A stretch of DNA of 64,000 bases from the human T2T-CHM13v2.0 reference genome, Homo sapiens, in NCBI GenBank assembly GCA_009914755.4, contig CP068257.2, positions 26,400,001-26,464,000 of the forward strand. Reading direction: 5' to 3'. Positions 12,795 through 27,222 of this stretch are shown piece after piece; the stretch's first letter is position 1; each line of letters opens with the position of its first letter. The notes beneath the pieces are model-generated. The model saw only the letters and a program-made list of their open reading frames with translations, did not search any database and had not been told where the DNA came from. The translations under genes and the position numbers were made by a program.

Positions 12795-13010
12795 ACTATG
12801 TCGGGGGGTGGGGGGCAAGGGGAGAGAGGAAGAGCATTAGGACAAATACCTAATGCATGCGAGGCTTAAAACCTACATGACAGTTTGTTAGGTTCAGCAA
12901 ACCACCACGGCACATGTATACCTATGTAACAAACCTGCATGTTCTGCACGCATATCCCAGAACTTAAAGTAAAATTTAAAATAAGAAAATAATAATAATA
13001 AAGAATGTGT
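12795..13010 (+). mobile_element. LINE-1 (L1PA/PB-like) extreme 3'-UTR fragment with A-rich/(AATA)n tail
   Basis: ..ggggcaaggggagagaggaagagcattaggacaaatacctaatgcatgcgaggcttaaaacctacatgacagtttgttaggttcagcaaaccaccacggcacatgtatacctatgtaacaaacctgcatgttctgcacgcatatcccagaacttaaagtaaaattt matches the L1PA 3' end. Confidence 0.75.
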
Positions 13011-13261
13011 TATTTAAATGTAATCTTTAGCATTTCAGTTTTGTTTACTGGAGTAATAATCTCAATATTATTTTTAAATATAGAGAATTCAAAATTATTT
13101 AACATAAAGTATACTTCATTTTATTTGTAAAGTTTTACCCATCATTTTTAAAATGAATGATTTAGGCAGAGCATTACGGCGTTTGAGAAAAACTGGCCTT
13201 CATTGTAAGTTGACTGTAGGATTTATTGATACAAGCAAAAGATGCATAAAAAAGAAAACTT

Positions 13262-13335
13262 TTTCATAATTTTGTTTTTCAAAAACTTATATATGCATAT
13301 GTGTATGTGTGTATGTATGTGTGTATATTTAAATA
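13262..13335. repeat. (TG)/(TA)-rich compound simple repeat
   Basis: atatatgcatatgtgtatgtgtgtatgtatgtgtgtatat. Confidence 0.7.
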
Positions 13336-13935
13336 TGTATCATGTACTTTAGAGAGATTTTTACATCTAGTATGGCTCTTAGGATAAAGGCCATGATTCC
13401 CATAGTATAAGTTTTCTCGATTAAAAAACTAGCTTTGTGTGGTGGTGGGTGAGATGTTATATTGTTTACTTCTTCAAACTCTGTTGGCCTGCCTTAAACT
13501 TATTTTGGTTTATTATTGTTTGTATTTTTAATTGTATGCTTAGAGGGATCCTTTATCTTTCCAATCAGCCTTGTCCACGTCTGAATCCCATCTCCTTTCA
13601 CCTTGAGAATTTTTATTCTCAAGAGGTCAATTTTTTTTTCTGTCTTCTTACTCTCATTTCCCACTAGAGGAGGCTTATCTAATTATAAACAATAAAGAAA
13701 TGATTTTGAAATTATCTTTTTACTTATACACCCAAACAGGTATCTGTAGATTCTTTCTTATCTTTTGCTTACCCATTTCTGAAATGTTCCTATACCTAAA
13801 GCCAGATGCTTTTTTTTTTTTTTTAATCTGCTGCAGTCTTTTTGGACAACTTAGTCCTCTTCCAGTCGCTTCACCTCTCACTCATAACTTGCTGACTCCA
13901 GAATCTATAACTCTTTAATTATCTTCTGAGGTCCT

Positions 13936-13938
<3 letters not shown>

Positions 13939-13977
<39 letters not shown>

Positions 13978-13990
13978 TATATATATACAC
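13939..13990. repeat. (TA)n microsatellite
   Basis: About 20 TA units followed by an aaatat-interrupted tail. Confidence 0.85.
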
Positions 13991-15264
13991 AATGTTTTAT
14001 TGAAACTTCCCAATTATTGCATGTCAGGTATTCTCATTTCACAGACCAGCAAACAGATACTTACAGAAGTTAAGTATTACAGCAGGTTTACTCAATTAGC
14101 ACATGTCCAAGCTAGTATTTAATCCAAAACTTTTGATTTTTTTTCTATTATACACGCTTTCTTTCCATTTTCTTGAATTCCAGTTTTGTCTACCAGGGTA
14201 AAGTAGGTGATTGTTAAAGAAGGGAGGCTTTAGAATTTCTATCTTTTTTATTTTTTATTTTTTTGGAACCCACTTGCATGAATTTTTCAGATTCCGGAAA
14301 TAATGCTTTGCAATGAATGAGGTAGTACTTTTAATTCTATATATTTTTGCCATAATGTCTATGCACCCAGACTGTGAAATAAATTGCACTGACCTGTGTC
14401 TTTAATGCCTGTCACTTAAAATTTTTCCAAACCACCTTAAATGTTGAAGTTCATAAAATTGGTAATGCTCGACGTGGGGGGAAAAAAAACAACAGAAACC
14501 ACTAAGATGTTCTACTTTATGGTCTCTGCATGACATCTAGTGGTTGGAACTGGAAAATTTGAGGAAATTATGATTTGTACCAGGGAAAATACAATCTGTG
14601 TTAGTCTGGAGTCCTCATTCCTAACATCAAAGGAAACATGATGTAGATATCCTTTACTTCCAAAGAGGTTGGCCACCGGAGGGTAGGCCTTTCTTAATCA
14701 TTTCTGTTTCTCAGTCTGTGTATCAGGGAATAACAATTTCTCTCTGTGTTAAGCAATCCGTGCTCACTGGGGCTTGTGAAACATTGGTCTGTAATGAGTA
14801 CCTACTTTTGATGGATATGAGTTGGATAATTATAAGATTCAAAAGTAAATAAACCCTTTGGTTTTCTTTCTTTATATGCAAGTATTAATGATACTAAATC
14901 TATGACCCTATTATTCAAAACTGTATTTAGGAAAACTTTTTGTATACTCCAGTTTTGATTCTTCTAAAGAGGTTATAAAATCAAGTAACTGCTTAGCTTT
15001 GAGTCTTAGGATAATATTGGGTGTAGGTCCTTGATAATCCAAGATTTAGGATCTGCCTACCAGAAATTTTAGTCAGCTTAGATAACTGACAATGGAAAAT
15101 AGTACATGATATGTTCTAAATAAATGACAAGCCAATATCGTAGGGATGCCGCAAAGGATTTGGAGTCCAAGAGGTCAGAGAAGGGATCACGAAGGAGGAT
15201 GGATTTGAACTGAGCTACAGTTGATAGATGGGCAGCTTAAGGTATTGTTAAGCAAACAGGCAAC

Positions 15265-15350
15265 AGAGTGAGATTCCTGGGTGTTGGCTTTCCTTCAGTG
15301 TGACCTTGGACAAACTATCTAATTGCTCCACATTTTACTTTCTGCATTTG
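15265..15350 (+). mobile_element. MIR (ancient SINE) fragment
   Basis: ..ttcctgggtgttggctttccttcagtgtgaccttggacaaactatctaattgctccacatttt.. resembles the MIR core (..ctgtgtgaccttgggcaagtcacttaacctctc..). Confidence 0.4.
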
Positions 15351-16332
15351 CATCACAGTACGTACATACATAGACACATAGCATCTATTTCTTGTGGTGA
15401 AGATTAGTATAATGTCTCGGTTGGCAAATTATCAGTTCTTTTTATTATAAATAAATTAAAAATGCAAATGTTTAGGTCAAGTGTTATTCTCTGAAAATGC
15501 ACAAAGAGAAATGAGCCAAGAGAAAAATAACTAATAACAAATAAATATATTTCTGACACCAAGACAAGTCCAAGAGAATTTAAAAAGTAATTATAAATAT
15601 TTTATGGTAATGTATTTCAAATATACATGCTGCAGATTCCACGATTTATGTCATGGGGATGGATCAGGAGTCCTTGAAACCTGGCACTTATTAATAAATG
15701 TTGTTTCTAATTTTCTATCACTGCAAGGTACTCTTATAGACACCATGTGAACAAATCAAATGTTACATCTCTGGGATTATAGGCTCATAAAAAATCAACA
15801 CCTAGGGCATAACTTGAATCACAGTAACTTCATGCATTTCAAATGGGATAAAGTCAGCCAAGAAGTGTTTAGGTTTGCAGTCGATTGCTCAAGATTATGG
15901 TATCAACCAACTCTGGAATTAACTTCTGGGATGAAGAGTAAGAAGAAAGTAAAATCACTCCACATAGGCTCAAAGGAGACTTTTGTTGAAGTGGATTTCC
16001 CCATGGTCTTTGAAGTGGGTGAGGCCTAGTGCTTGTTAAATCCAGGGGCCTTGTGATGAATGAAGTATAAGAGAGATTGCTGACAGATTTGAAATCCCAC
16101 AGTAGTTGTTTTGTCCTTTGCTTTGAGAAGGTTGGTGATAATTAAACTGCTTTTCCAGCAGAGTCTTTGTTCCTAACCCAAGTATCGTATTTAAAGAAGA
16201 GCCAAGTAGTACAGGCATTTTTTGATGATGACACTAATCTGACTCTGACCTATCTTCTTCCATGTTTATTTCCCAAAACATACACATTGGTAGTTGAAGT
16301 TATTTCCTATGAAGTGACCAAGTGACTTGGGG

Positions 16333-16334
<2 letters not shown>

Positions 16335-16374
<40 letters not shown>
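16335..16374. repeat. (GT)n microsatellite, ~20 perfect units
   Basis: Direct reading of the sequence. Confidence 0.95.
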
Positions 16375-16375
<1 letters not shown>

Positions 16376-18310
16376 ATATGTTTATGGATGTGCTTCAAGA
16401 AGGCTCAACCTTCACCTTCTCAGGATCATTTAGTTTCAATGTCATCTTTGCCTCTTTGTTATTTATCAGCAGGAGATAGCTGACCAAGCTCAGTGCTGAA
16501 CTCAAGCAACGCTGGCATGTCTACCCTTGATGTTTAACAGACCTGAACTAAACAAAGCATATTCAGTTTGAGTCATTTTAAATATTTGGTCACTTTTTAA
16601 CTCCATGTAAACCTTCTGGTTAAACCTTATTTCAAATAGTAAAAGAATCATAGCTTGAATATAGTGCCTGACTTATGACAGTTTCTCAATAAATAGTTTT
16701 GATTTATAATCCTAAAAGTAGGAGTACATTTGCTGCTGGAGGACAAATAGACTTAAAAATAATATGTAATATAACTTTACATCTGAAATAAATAATAACA
16801 CTATCATAGAGTTTAACTCTTCGTTGCCTGCCTTTTTAGCTTCCTTATCCTTTTAATTTCTGCTTCTTTTTTTGTTTCTTATTTTTCTTGTAAATAGGTA
16901 GGATCAGATATATAAATATCCAGCACGGGCTACGTGCTGGAGATGTAATCAGCATTTTGAGTGTCCTAACTACTCAAAACACGCTTTTAACACATGAGTA
17001 GAATTTGATATTTTAAACAGATTCAGTACTATATTTTCGTATGTTGATAACATGTAAAAAATCTATGTATTGCCAGTTTCTTTTTTTATCTGCTCCCCTT
17101 TTTCTATTGTATTTGTATTGAAATGTTAATTTTAACACATAATATGTATATAAATTTTAGATCCCTAACATTTTTAATAGTATGTACTTTTTGATCATAC
17201 CACAACTAGAGTTTCATAGCAAAGTTCCCTGTTTTATTAAAATCCACCAGGGGATGTTTTCATCTTGTGAAATAACTTAATTGCAATAAACCTGGGCTGA
17301 GCTAGTGCTTATGATTAGCATGTTGGCAATGATCAACTGATTAGGGATATATTGACATGTCAAAAAACGTGATGAGGGAAGAAAGGAAATTGCTGCTTCT
17401 CAGTGTTTGTAAGTGCCAAAACAGATATGTATTTTATATTGTGAGAAAAGGGTTGATGTGAATTTGTCTAAAGAGCAGGATGTGAAAAGTATTGTTTCTA
17501 TAAGAAAAAATCATCCTGGATTCACCAGTATGCAGAGAAAGCAACTTTATTCTTTTTTTCTCTGTCTCACTAAATAAAATCTCTAGCAGAACATACCACT
17601 CCTGATAATTACATGCTCAGCGATTGATGTTTTCACATTTCAAATGGTCCTACTCATTCAGTACCAATACATAGTCCAATCCATCATAAAAAGTCCAAAT
17701 GACAAACATGTATCTGTTTAACGTTTCTTTTCTCCCCTAACTTGGGCTCACTCCAGTGTTAGGAGCCTGTAGTGGAGGGAGAAATGTGATGGCTTTGTTT
17801 CCTTCTCCTTACCTTACTTTCTCTTCTGCTACCTTGCCTAACAGATAGGGCCCAGGTAAGCTGATATTTGGAGTAGTGAATACAGGCTTACGCGTATGGT
17901 ACACCAGAGATGGTGTTGGTACTCTCTGGACTTGGTGAATGAATGTTGAAAGTGGAATTGTCTTCCAGTAGGATGATAGTGAAGGTTACTCTTAGACTCT
18001 TTCTGGGGTCCTTTGGCCACTATTTTTTGAAGTGAGCCATTGGACTTCACCTTGTCTCTTGCTCTTGCTGCAGCTGCGTTTTCTCTCTTGATGGTAGTCT
18101 TGATCAAGATCCTTTTACAATAACACAAGCCTAGCATGTTCTTAAATCTAGTCCTTGAGAAATCCATGCTTTTGCTTTGTCATTGTAAAACACATAGATC
18201 GCTGTATCCTTGTTCAGTAAGCTACAACATACTCGTATCTCCTGAAATCCTGGGCTTAAATCGAGGTCTCAAAGGCTTTGTTTTGTTTTGTTGTATGGTT
18301 GTATGGGTGA

Positions 18311-18334
18311 GTGTGTGTGTGTGTGTGTGTGTGT
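18311..18334. repeat. (GT)n microsatellite, 12 units
   Basis: Direct reading of the sequence. Confidence 0.9.
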
Positions 18335-20384
18335 TTATTCTCCTGAAATTCTCCTCCTCACTTGACTTAAGCTAAAAGATAAACGTCCTCTTCCTTTCAG
18401 CCACAGATGGTGATGGATAAATTGAATGTCATTCACATTATTCCCTTAAAATAAACTCTCTCCCTCCCCTCTCCCGTCTCATCCTTGTCCCTTTCTTTAT
18501 ATAATGGGTAATGCGTTAATGTCAGCAGAATAGTTTTGGGGCCATAATGGCAAGTATCACGTGGATGGTTTAGCATTGTTTTTAGAATGCTGTGAATTTG
18601 GGTATATGTGAGTTTTGGGGAAAGTTTTGCAACTATATGTTTGTTAATTAAATGAGGACTATAAAGTAATATAAAATTATGTTTCTGGAACATATTTTGG
18701 AAGCTATAAAGTCATCTGTATTTATTATCCACAGACATAATGTCATTGTTCAGGTCCTGCAACCTTCTTATAATCAACATACGTGGGCCCAGGGATTTTA
18801 TGTATCTTCGCCTTCCTAGTTTCCGTGGACAATCATTCCTCATACAAAAAGAAGGAATTACCCATGATTTAAGATCTTTTCAAAGTGATCCCCAATAATG
18901 ACATCTGCATTATTTTAGCTTGGAAATATCAAAGCAACAAAGATACAGACCTCTGCACAGTTGGCTGCATGTTTTGAAAGATAATGTTCCACAGGCTAGT
19001 AATACATCTCTACAGGCTGAATTATGGAGAGGAGGTGAGGAAAATGAAATGAAACCGAGATGATAAGTAGAAAAGTTAAAAAAAAAAAAAAAGTAGTAAA
19101 TTTCATAAGTCAGACGCAAATGCTAAAGAGCTTGAGTTTCTTATAAGAAATAGCACCGGAGCAACAACAGGAGGGAAAATATGTACCTTATGTGCAAAAA
19201 TATCTTCTTCCTGGATTTCAGAAACTAATAAAATTTTAGTAGATTTTAAATGCAAAATCTTATTACCAAGTGTGTTTTCAATAACACCCATTATTATTAA
19301 AATTTTATATAAAAGTGAAAAATGCCAGCTATTGAAATGTAAGCATAATGTTTTTAAATTAAAATCTGTAATTCTTCCACCTAAGGTGCTGTTTTACAAT
19401 GCCTTCTTTTTTCTTTCAAAATCTGTCTCACTCAATAACTGGCTTATTTCTAAGACACTAAACACAATGATAAGGAGAGAATAATTGTTCTATGCCTGAT
19501 TTTCTTTGAAAAGTATGATGAATTTCAACAGTAGCTATTGTAAAATTGACTGATATGTTTGAGGATATTGAAGTATATGTAATACTTTAATATGAATTAT
19601 TTTGACGTGTCACTTACTGGTAGTTATTCAAGCCTGGCATTTTCTGCTCTCAAATAAAATTGAGGCATATGGATTAATTTGAATTGCAGCTAATGTGTAA
19701 TTCGTAAAGAAACTGTTCTGACTCAAAAGCCAATTAATGCATTTGCCTTACATATATAACGAACTATTGAAAGACAAATGCAGCACTCTTCATTACGTTT
19801 TAATAGATTCTAAATTCCCAACATACACTAAGGTTAGAATTTTCTCAAAATAGTGATTCTCAGTATAAATGTTACATATTGTTTCACTGTGCTTTGCATT
19901 AATATTTCTAAATCCTTAAAAGCAAAGGCAAATTAGCAGTAGTATAGGATTTAGGGCCTTAGATATTTAAGTTTTCCCATACTTAGATTGAAAGAAGTAA
20001 TATATTTTTTAACAATGCAAATTATTTTTATCATTTTAGACTATGTCTTAGATTTTTATACATATTAGTATGTCAACATATAATTTAAAAGATATTCTAA
20101 GGTAGGAAAATTGTACAGGCAAGGCTAGAAGAAATGTATAATAGTTAATGTGGTCCCTTAGGGCTAAAAAAATCAAAAAGCCATTGGCACCCATGGGCCT
20201 AAAGGGACAAAGAGAGAGACTGATTAGTAGCACACATAGAAAATAGCCATAGTCAGAGCTGCTTGACAGGGGCTGCAACATTCAGTGGATGAATGTGGAG
20301 AATAAGTGGTAACTCAGCAGAGAGAGCAAGGGGGAGAAATGTTCAAACTTATTGTCTATTTGCAGAAGACATTGTCTTATATAT

Positions 20385-20748
20385 TGATATGGTTTGCCTG
20401 TGTCTCCACCAAAATCTCATCTTGAATTGTAGCTCCCATAATTCCCACATGTTGTGGGAGGAACCCCAGTGGGAGATAATTGAATCATGAGGGCAGTTTC
20501 CTCCACACTGTTTTCATGGTATTGAATAAGTCTCACGAGATCTGATGGTTTTATAAGGGGAAACCCCTTTCCCTTGGCTCTCATTCCCTCTTTGCCTGCT
20601 GCCATGTGAGATGTGCCTTTCACCTTCTGCCATGATTGTGAGGCCTTCCCATCCACGTGGAACTGTGAGTCCACTGAATCTCTTTTTCTTTGTAAATTAC
20701 CCAGTCTCAGGTATATCTTTATCAGCAGCATGAAAACGAACTAATATA
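20385..20748 (+). mobile_element. THE1 5' LTR
   Basis: As described for the full-length element. Confidence 0.8.
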
Positions 20749-22466
<1,718 letters not shown>

Positions 22467-22829
22467 TGATATGGTTTGTCTGTGTCCCCACCCAAATCTC
22501 ATCTTGAACTGTAGCTCCCATAATTCGCACGTGTTGTGGGAGGGACCCAGTGGGAGATAATTGAATCATGGGGGGCAGTTTCCTCCATATCGTTCTCATG
22601 GTAGTGAGTAAGTCTAACAAGATCTGATGGTTTTATAAGGGGAAACCCCTTCCACTTGGTTCTCATTCCCTCTTTGCCTGCCACCATGTGGGATGTGTCT
22701 TTTGCCTTCCACCATAATTATGAGGTCTTCCTAACCACATGGAACTGTGAGTCCATTGAACCTCTTTTCTTTGTAAATTACCCATTCGTAGGTATGTCTT
22801 TATCAGCAGCATGAAAACAGACTAATATA
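22467..22829 (+). mobile_element. THE1 3' LTR
   Basis: As described for the full-length element. Confidence 0.8.
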
Positions 22830-22839
22830 TATATAGATT

Positions 22840-23500
22840 ATACTAATGGATCTACAAATGTTATTAAAACTAAGAAATTAGTTCAACAAGATTGCAGGAT
22901 ACAAGATCAATATGTCCATGAACTAAGGCATTTGCATTATTAAGAAAATATTAGTATTTAGAATGTATTAGTACTTTCCAATTTTATTTACATATTTGAA
23001 GTAATCCCTGTCAAAACCTCAGATGGTTTCTTTACAGAAATTGACAAGCTAATCCTTAATTTTATATGAAAATTTAAGGGATCCAGAATCGTCAAAATGA
23101 TCTGGAAAAAGAACAAATTTGGTAGAATCACTATTCCTGATTTCAAAACTTACCACAACACTACAATAATTAGACAATGCTATACTTATATAATGGCATA
23201 TATTTGAGAATCCAGATATAAAACTTCACATTTATGGTCAATTAATTTTCAACATAGGTGCTGCAACAATTCAACAGGGGAAAGAATAGTGTTTTCAGTA
23301 AGGCTGGGACAACTGAAAATCCATGTGCAAAAGAACAAAATTGGACAACTGTTTTACACTGTACACAAAAATTAACTCAATATAGATCAGAGACTTAAAT
23401 GTAACAGCTAATCCTATAGCATTACAAGAGGAAATGGGTGCACAATTTTTGTGATCTAGAATTGGGCAGTTGCTGCTATTCTCACCCCAGAATAACTTAA
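22840..23500 (+). mobile_element. LINE-1 ORF2 C-terminal-region fragment (old L1)
   Basis: Plus-strand translation resembles L1 ORF2 (..KLILKFIW.....[66 protein letters not shown]..). Confidence 0.55.
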
Positions 23501-24916
23501 CACCCACAAATTATTCTAAAATGTGAGTATTTTTAACAACAAAAAGCTCTGCTTTGCTCTATCAACAAATGTCACTTATGTTTGTAATTTGTGACACTTA
23601 TTCATATAATCCAGTAGCTATATATTTTGAACATGTTTAATATTAGTACATTTAGTTATGATAATTCTGAAAACTATTTCAGATATAATAAGGATAGAGG
23701 TATTCATTGCTATTGTGCGGTTGACTTTCTTTTTGTCTTGTTTCAACAACTGCATATGTAAAGCCTTTAAAGAAATTTATTAATGAATGTTGTGAACTTA
23801 GTAAGAAATCAGAAAAGTGAACAAATTATCTATTAAAATGGTCCTGTTATCTAAGTTGGAGTACATTCCTTCATTATGAAGGCTTTTAAGTGCTATCATT
23901 TTAAACTTATTTACATGACCTCTTCTTCCTTTTCGGTGACAGCTAAAATCCACTTAAATTTAATATCCACTTGTGACTCTTTCTGAATCCACTGGAAGAG
24001 CTCCACATCATTTTCTGTACCAGCGAACAAGATGAACAAGCTGCATCTGATCCATGAAACTCAATTTCTGGGGCACATGCCCCCACCCAGCCCATGAGCA
24101 AAGACAGGGTCTTGAAATTGATCAATGACACTGGAAAGAGAAACATTCTCTTTCTCAAATTGGTTATGCTGTTTCTTTTTTCCCCTTCTATCAATGAATT
24201 ATTCATTTTTCAGAGGTCATTTCTGCTAGTTCCATTTCTACACATTTGCATGCACATACACAAATTTATTATATAATTTTCCTCTTAAAGATTACTTAGG
24301 TTCTTGCTGTGTTTTGCTATCAGTGAATAATACTTTGATTCACACACAGAAGTTCATGTTTTCACACATGTTTAAGAATCCTTATAGAATAACATGCTAG
24401 AAGTATAAATTTGGGGGCAAAGAACAAATCTGACATTAATTTTAATGAGTAATGCTAAATTATCCCTTTTCAAGGAGAAGCTTTAACAATCTACAATTCC
24501 ACAATAACTTCAAAGAGTGTGAATTTTTCTATGGCCTAGACAATACTGAGTATTAGGTCTTTCAGTGTTGTCAATCTAATGAATAAAAAAAGTTATAATG
24601 TTGCATTAATTTTCATGAGTGTTTGATTTGGAATATTTTTACATATTTGATAGGTCATTCATTTATTTTCTTCAAACATTTTATCTCTTTTTGTTTTGCG
24701 TTATTTGAGTATTTTTTATATACTGGTGATGTTGATATATTATCTCACATATTTTACAAAGCTTTTAGCTCTGTATGTCTTTCTGACATTTAGTAAGACA
24801 TTAATATATGTATTTATAAAGCTATTTTTCCGGTGTATGTTATGGATTTTACATTGTTCTAAGATTATTTCAGTTTATTATCTTTAATTATCTTGAAGTG
24901 TATTAAAATTTCTTGA

Positions 24917-25396
<480 letters not shown>

Positions 25397-25940
25397 TTTT
25401 CGTATAATAATTATTTAATATACAAATATTGAGTGTTATCTTCAGAGTTAGGTAGGATTATAGTATTTTATAGAAAAATATAAAGGAATGATAGCAGTAT
25501 GCATGTTTTATTATTCATTATAATAAAAATTTTTCTACTATTTTATTATGTATTATTGCAGTAGGGCTCCAATGGTGTGAATCTTTCTCCTTTGCTAAGT
25601 ATAATAAAATGTTTGTTTTTGTCTCTCTTAAGTATGTTTATAGTAGGTTTCTACCTGTGGCTTATAGTAATAGAGTTAAAATTTCTTATTTTTTAGTTTA
25701 AGGGTTTTTTTAATTGGCAATGAATACAACATTTTATCAAATTATTTTGACATTTAATAATATGATTGCCTTATTTTTTCAGTCTTTTCATGCGATGAAT
25801 TATATCAATAGATTTAATAATGTTGAGACATACTTGTATAATGGAAGTTATCTTAGTTGTGATACTCAGTATTATTCTGGTATTTAATTTATATTTGATT
25901 CTGTTTAGTTCAAAACTGTAGTCTGAGATGTTACTTTGCA

Positions 25941-26030
25941 AGATCAAAAATTAGTATGCGAGAGCTATATATGTACATATATACATACATATATATACAT
26001 ATATATATATATATACACACACACATAATT
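25941..26030. repeat. Compound (TA)n/(CA)n/(TACA)n simple repeat
   Basis: atatatgtacatatatacatacatatatatacatatatatatatatatacacacacacata. Confidence 0.85.
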
Positions 26031-26996
26031 ACAAGTATTCTGATTGGGGAAACGATTATTTTCTCACAGAGGAACTTGTGCTAGTTCCCCATGATACTAC
26101 AAGATGTCATGCAGCAAGCTTCACACCACAGGAGAGGAGGCTCCAAGTTATGAAAATAGCACCTGTGCAGGAGCTACTAGCAAAACTGCCCATGCTCCCT
26201 GAGAGAGAAAGAAACCTTTGTTCCAGAATCTAAACAAGTTGTTTCTCAGAGTCAAGACATGTGTCACTGCTTTACTACCCTGAAATACAAACAAATGGAT
26301 ACGGGGAGATATATCTCTATATTTCTCTGGAAGCATCTGTCTCTGACTTCCAAGGATTATTTGCTATTCAATCAACTTTTAACTTAGGTGGCAGCACTCT
26401 TTGCTTAGAAAGCTCTGAATATGTAGATGCGAGGAGTTATTCATGGAACATTGCCTCCCAACAGGTCCCAATAATTGTTAAACTGTTGAATCATCATGGC
26501 TTTTTAAAGAAACTGACAAAAGATAGAAAACTTGTCCCAGAAAACAAATCAATTTTCTGAAGGTTTTTAAGCTACTGAAGCTCACTCATAGATTCTTAAG
26601 AATTTCTACATTTGACTGCCAAGCTCTAAAACACAAATGTAGCCGTGCCACCTCCTTCGCACTCCCCATTTTCAAATTATTTTCCATTTTCCCAGGGTCT
26701 AATGAACTATGCACTATGTACTTATTCAGATTACTCAGTCTGGCACACATGGTCACCAACAGCATGGCTCCAATTAAACTTCCAATATGATTTCCCAGTA
26801 GAGCTGTTATTCTAACTATCCTAGTTTACCTCATTCTACTTGCCCGCTTTCATTCATCCTTTCTTCCTTCTTTTTCACTCATACCTATTAAAATTCTTAC
26901 TAACTCACAGGCTAATTCTTACATAAAACCATTTCTAACATCTCCAATTGAAATACTACCCTAATTATTTTTAGTATCTATTAAAATAAGTTTCTG

Positions 26997-27222
26997 GCCT
27001 GCACAATATAGTGAGATCTCATCTCTACAAAAAAAAAAAAAAAAAAATTGTTAAAAATTAGCCAGGCATGCTGGCATACCCATAGTCCCAGTTACTCAGG
27101 AGGCTGAGGTGAGAGGGTTGCTTGAAACTGGGAGATAGAGGTTGCAGTGAGCCAAGGTCACGCAGCTGAACTCCAGCCTGGCCAAAAGAGCAAGATCCTA
27201 GCTCAAACCAAAAAAATAAATA
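26997..27222 (+). mobile_element. 5'-truncated Alu (end of left monomer, A-rich linker, right monomer and A-tail), diverged
   Basis: ggcctgcacaatatagtgagatctcatctctacaaaaaaaa..attagccaggcatgctggcat..cccagttactcaggaggctgaggtgagagg..gcagtgagccaaggtcacgcagctgaactccagcctggccaaaagagcaagatcc.. Confidence 0.8.
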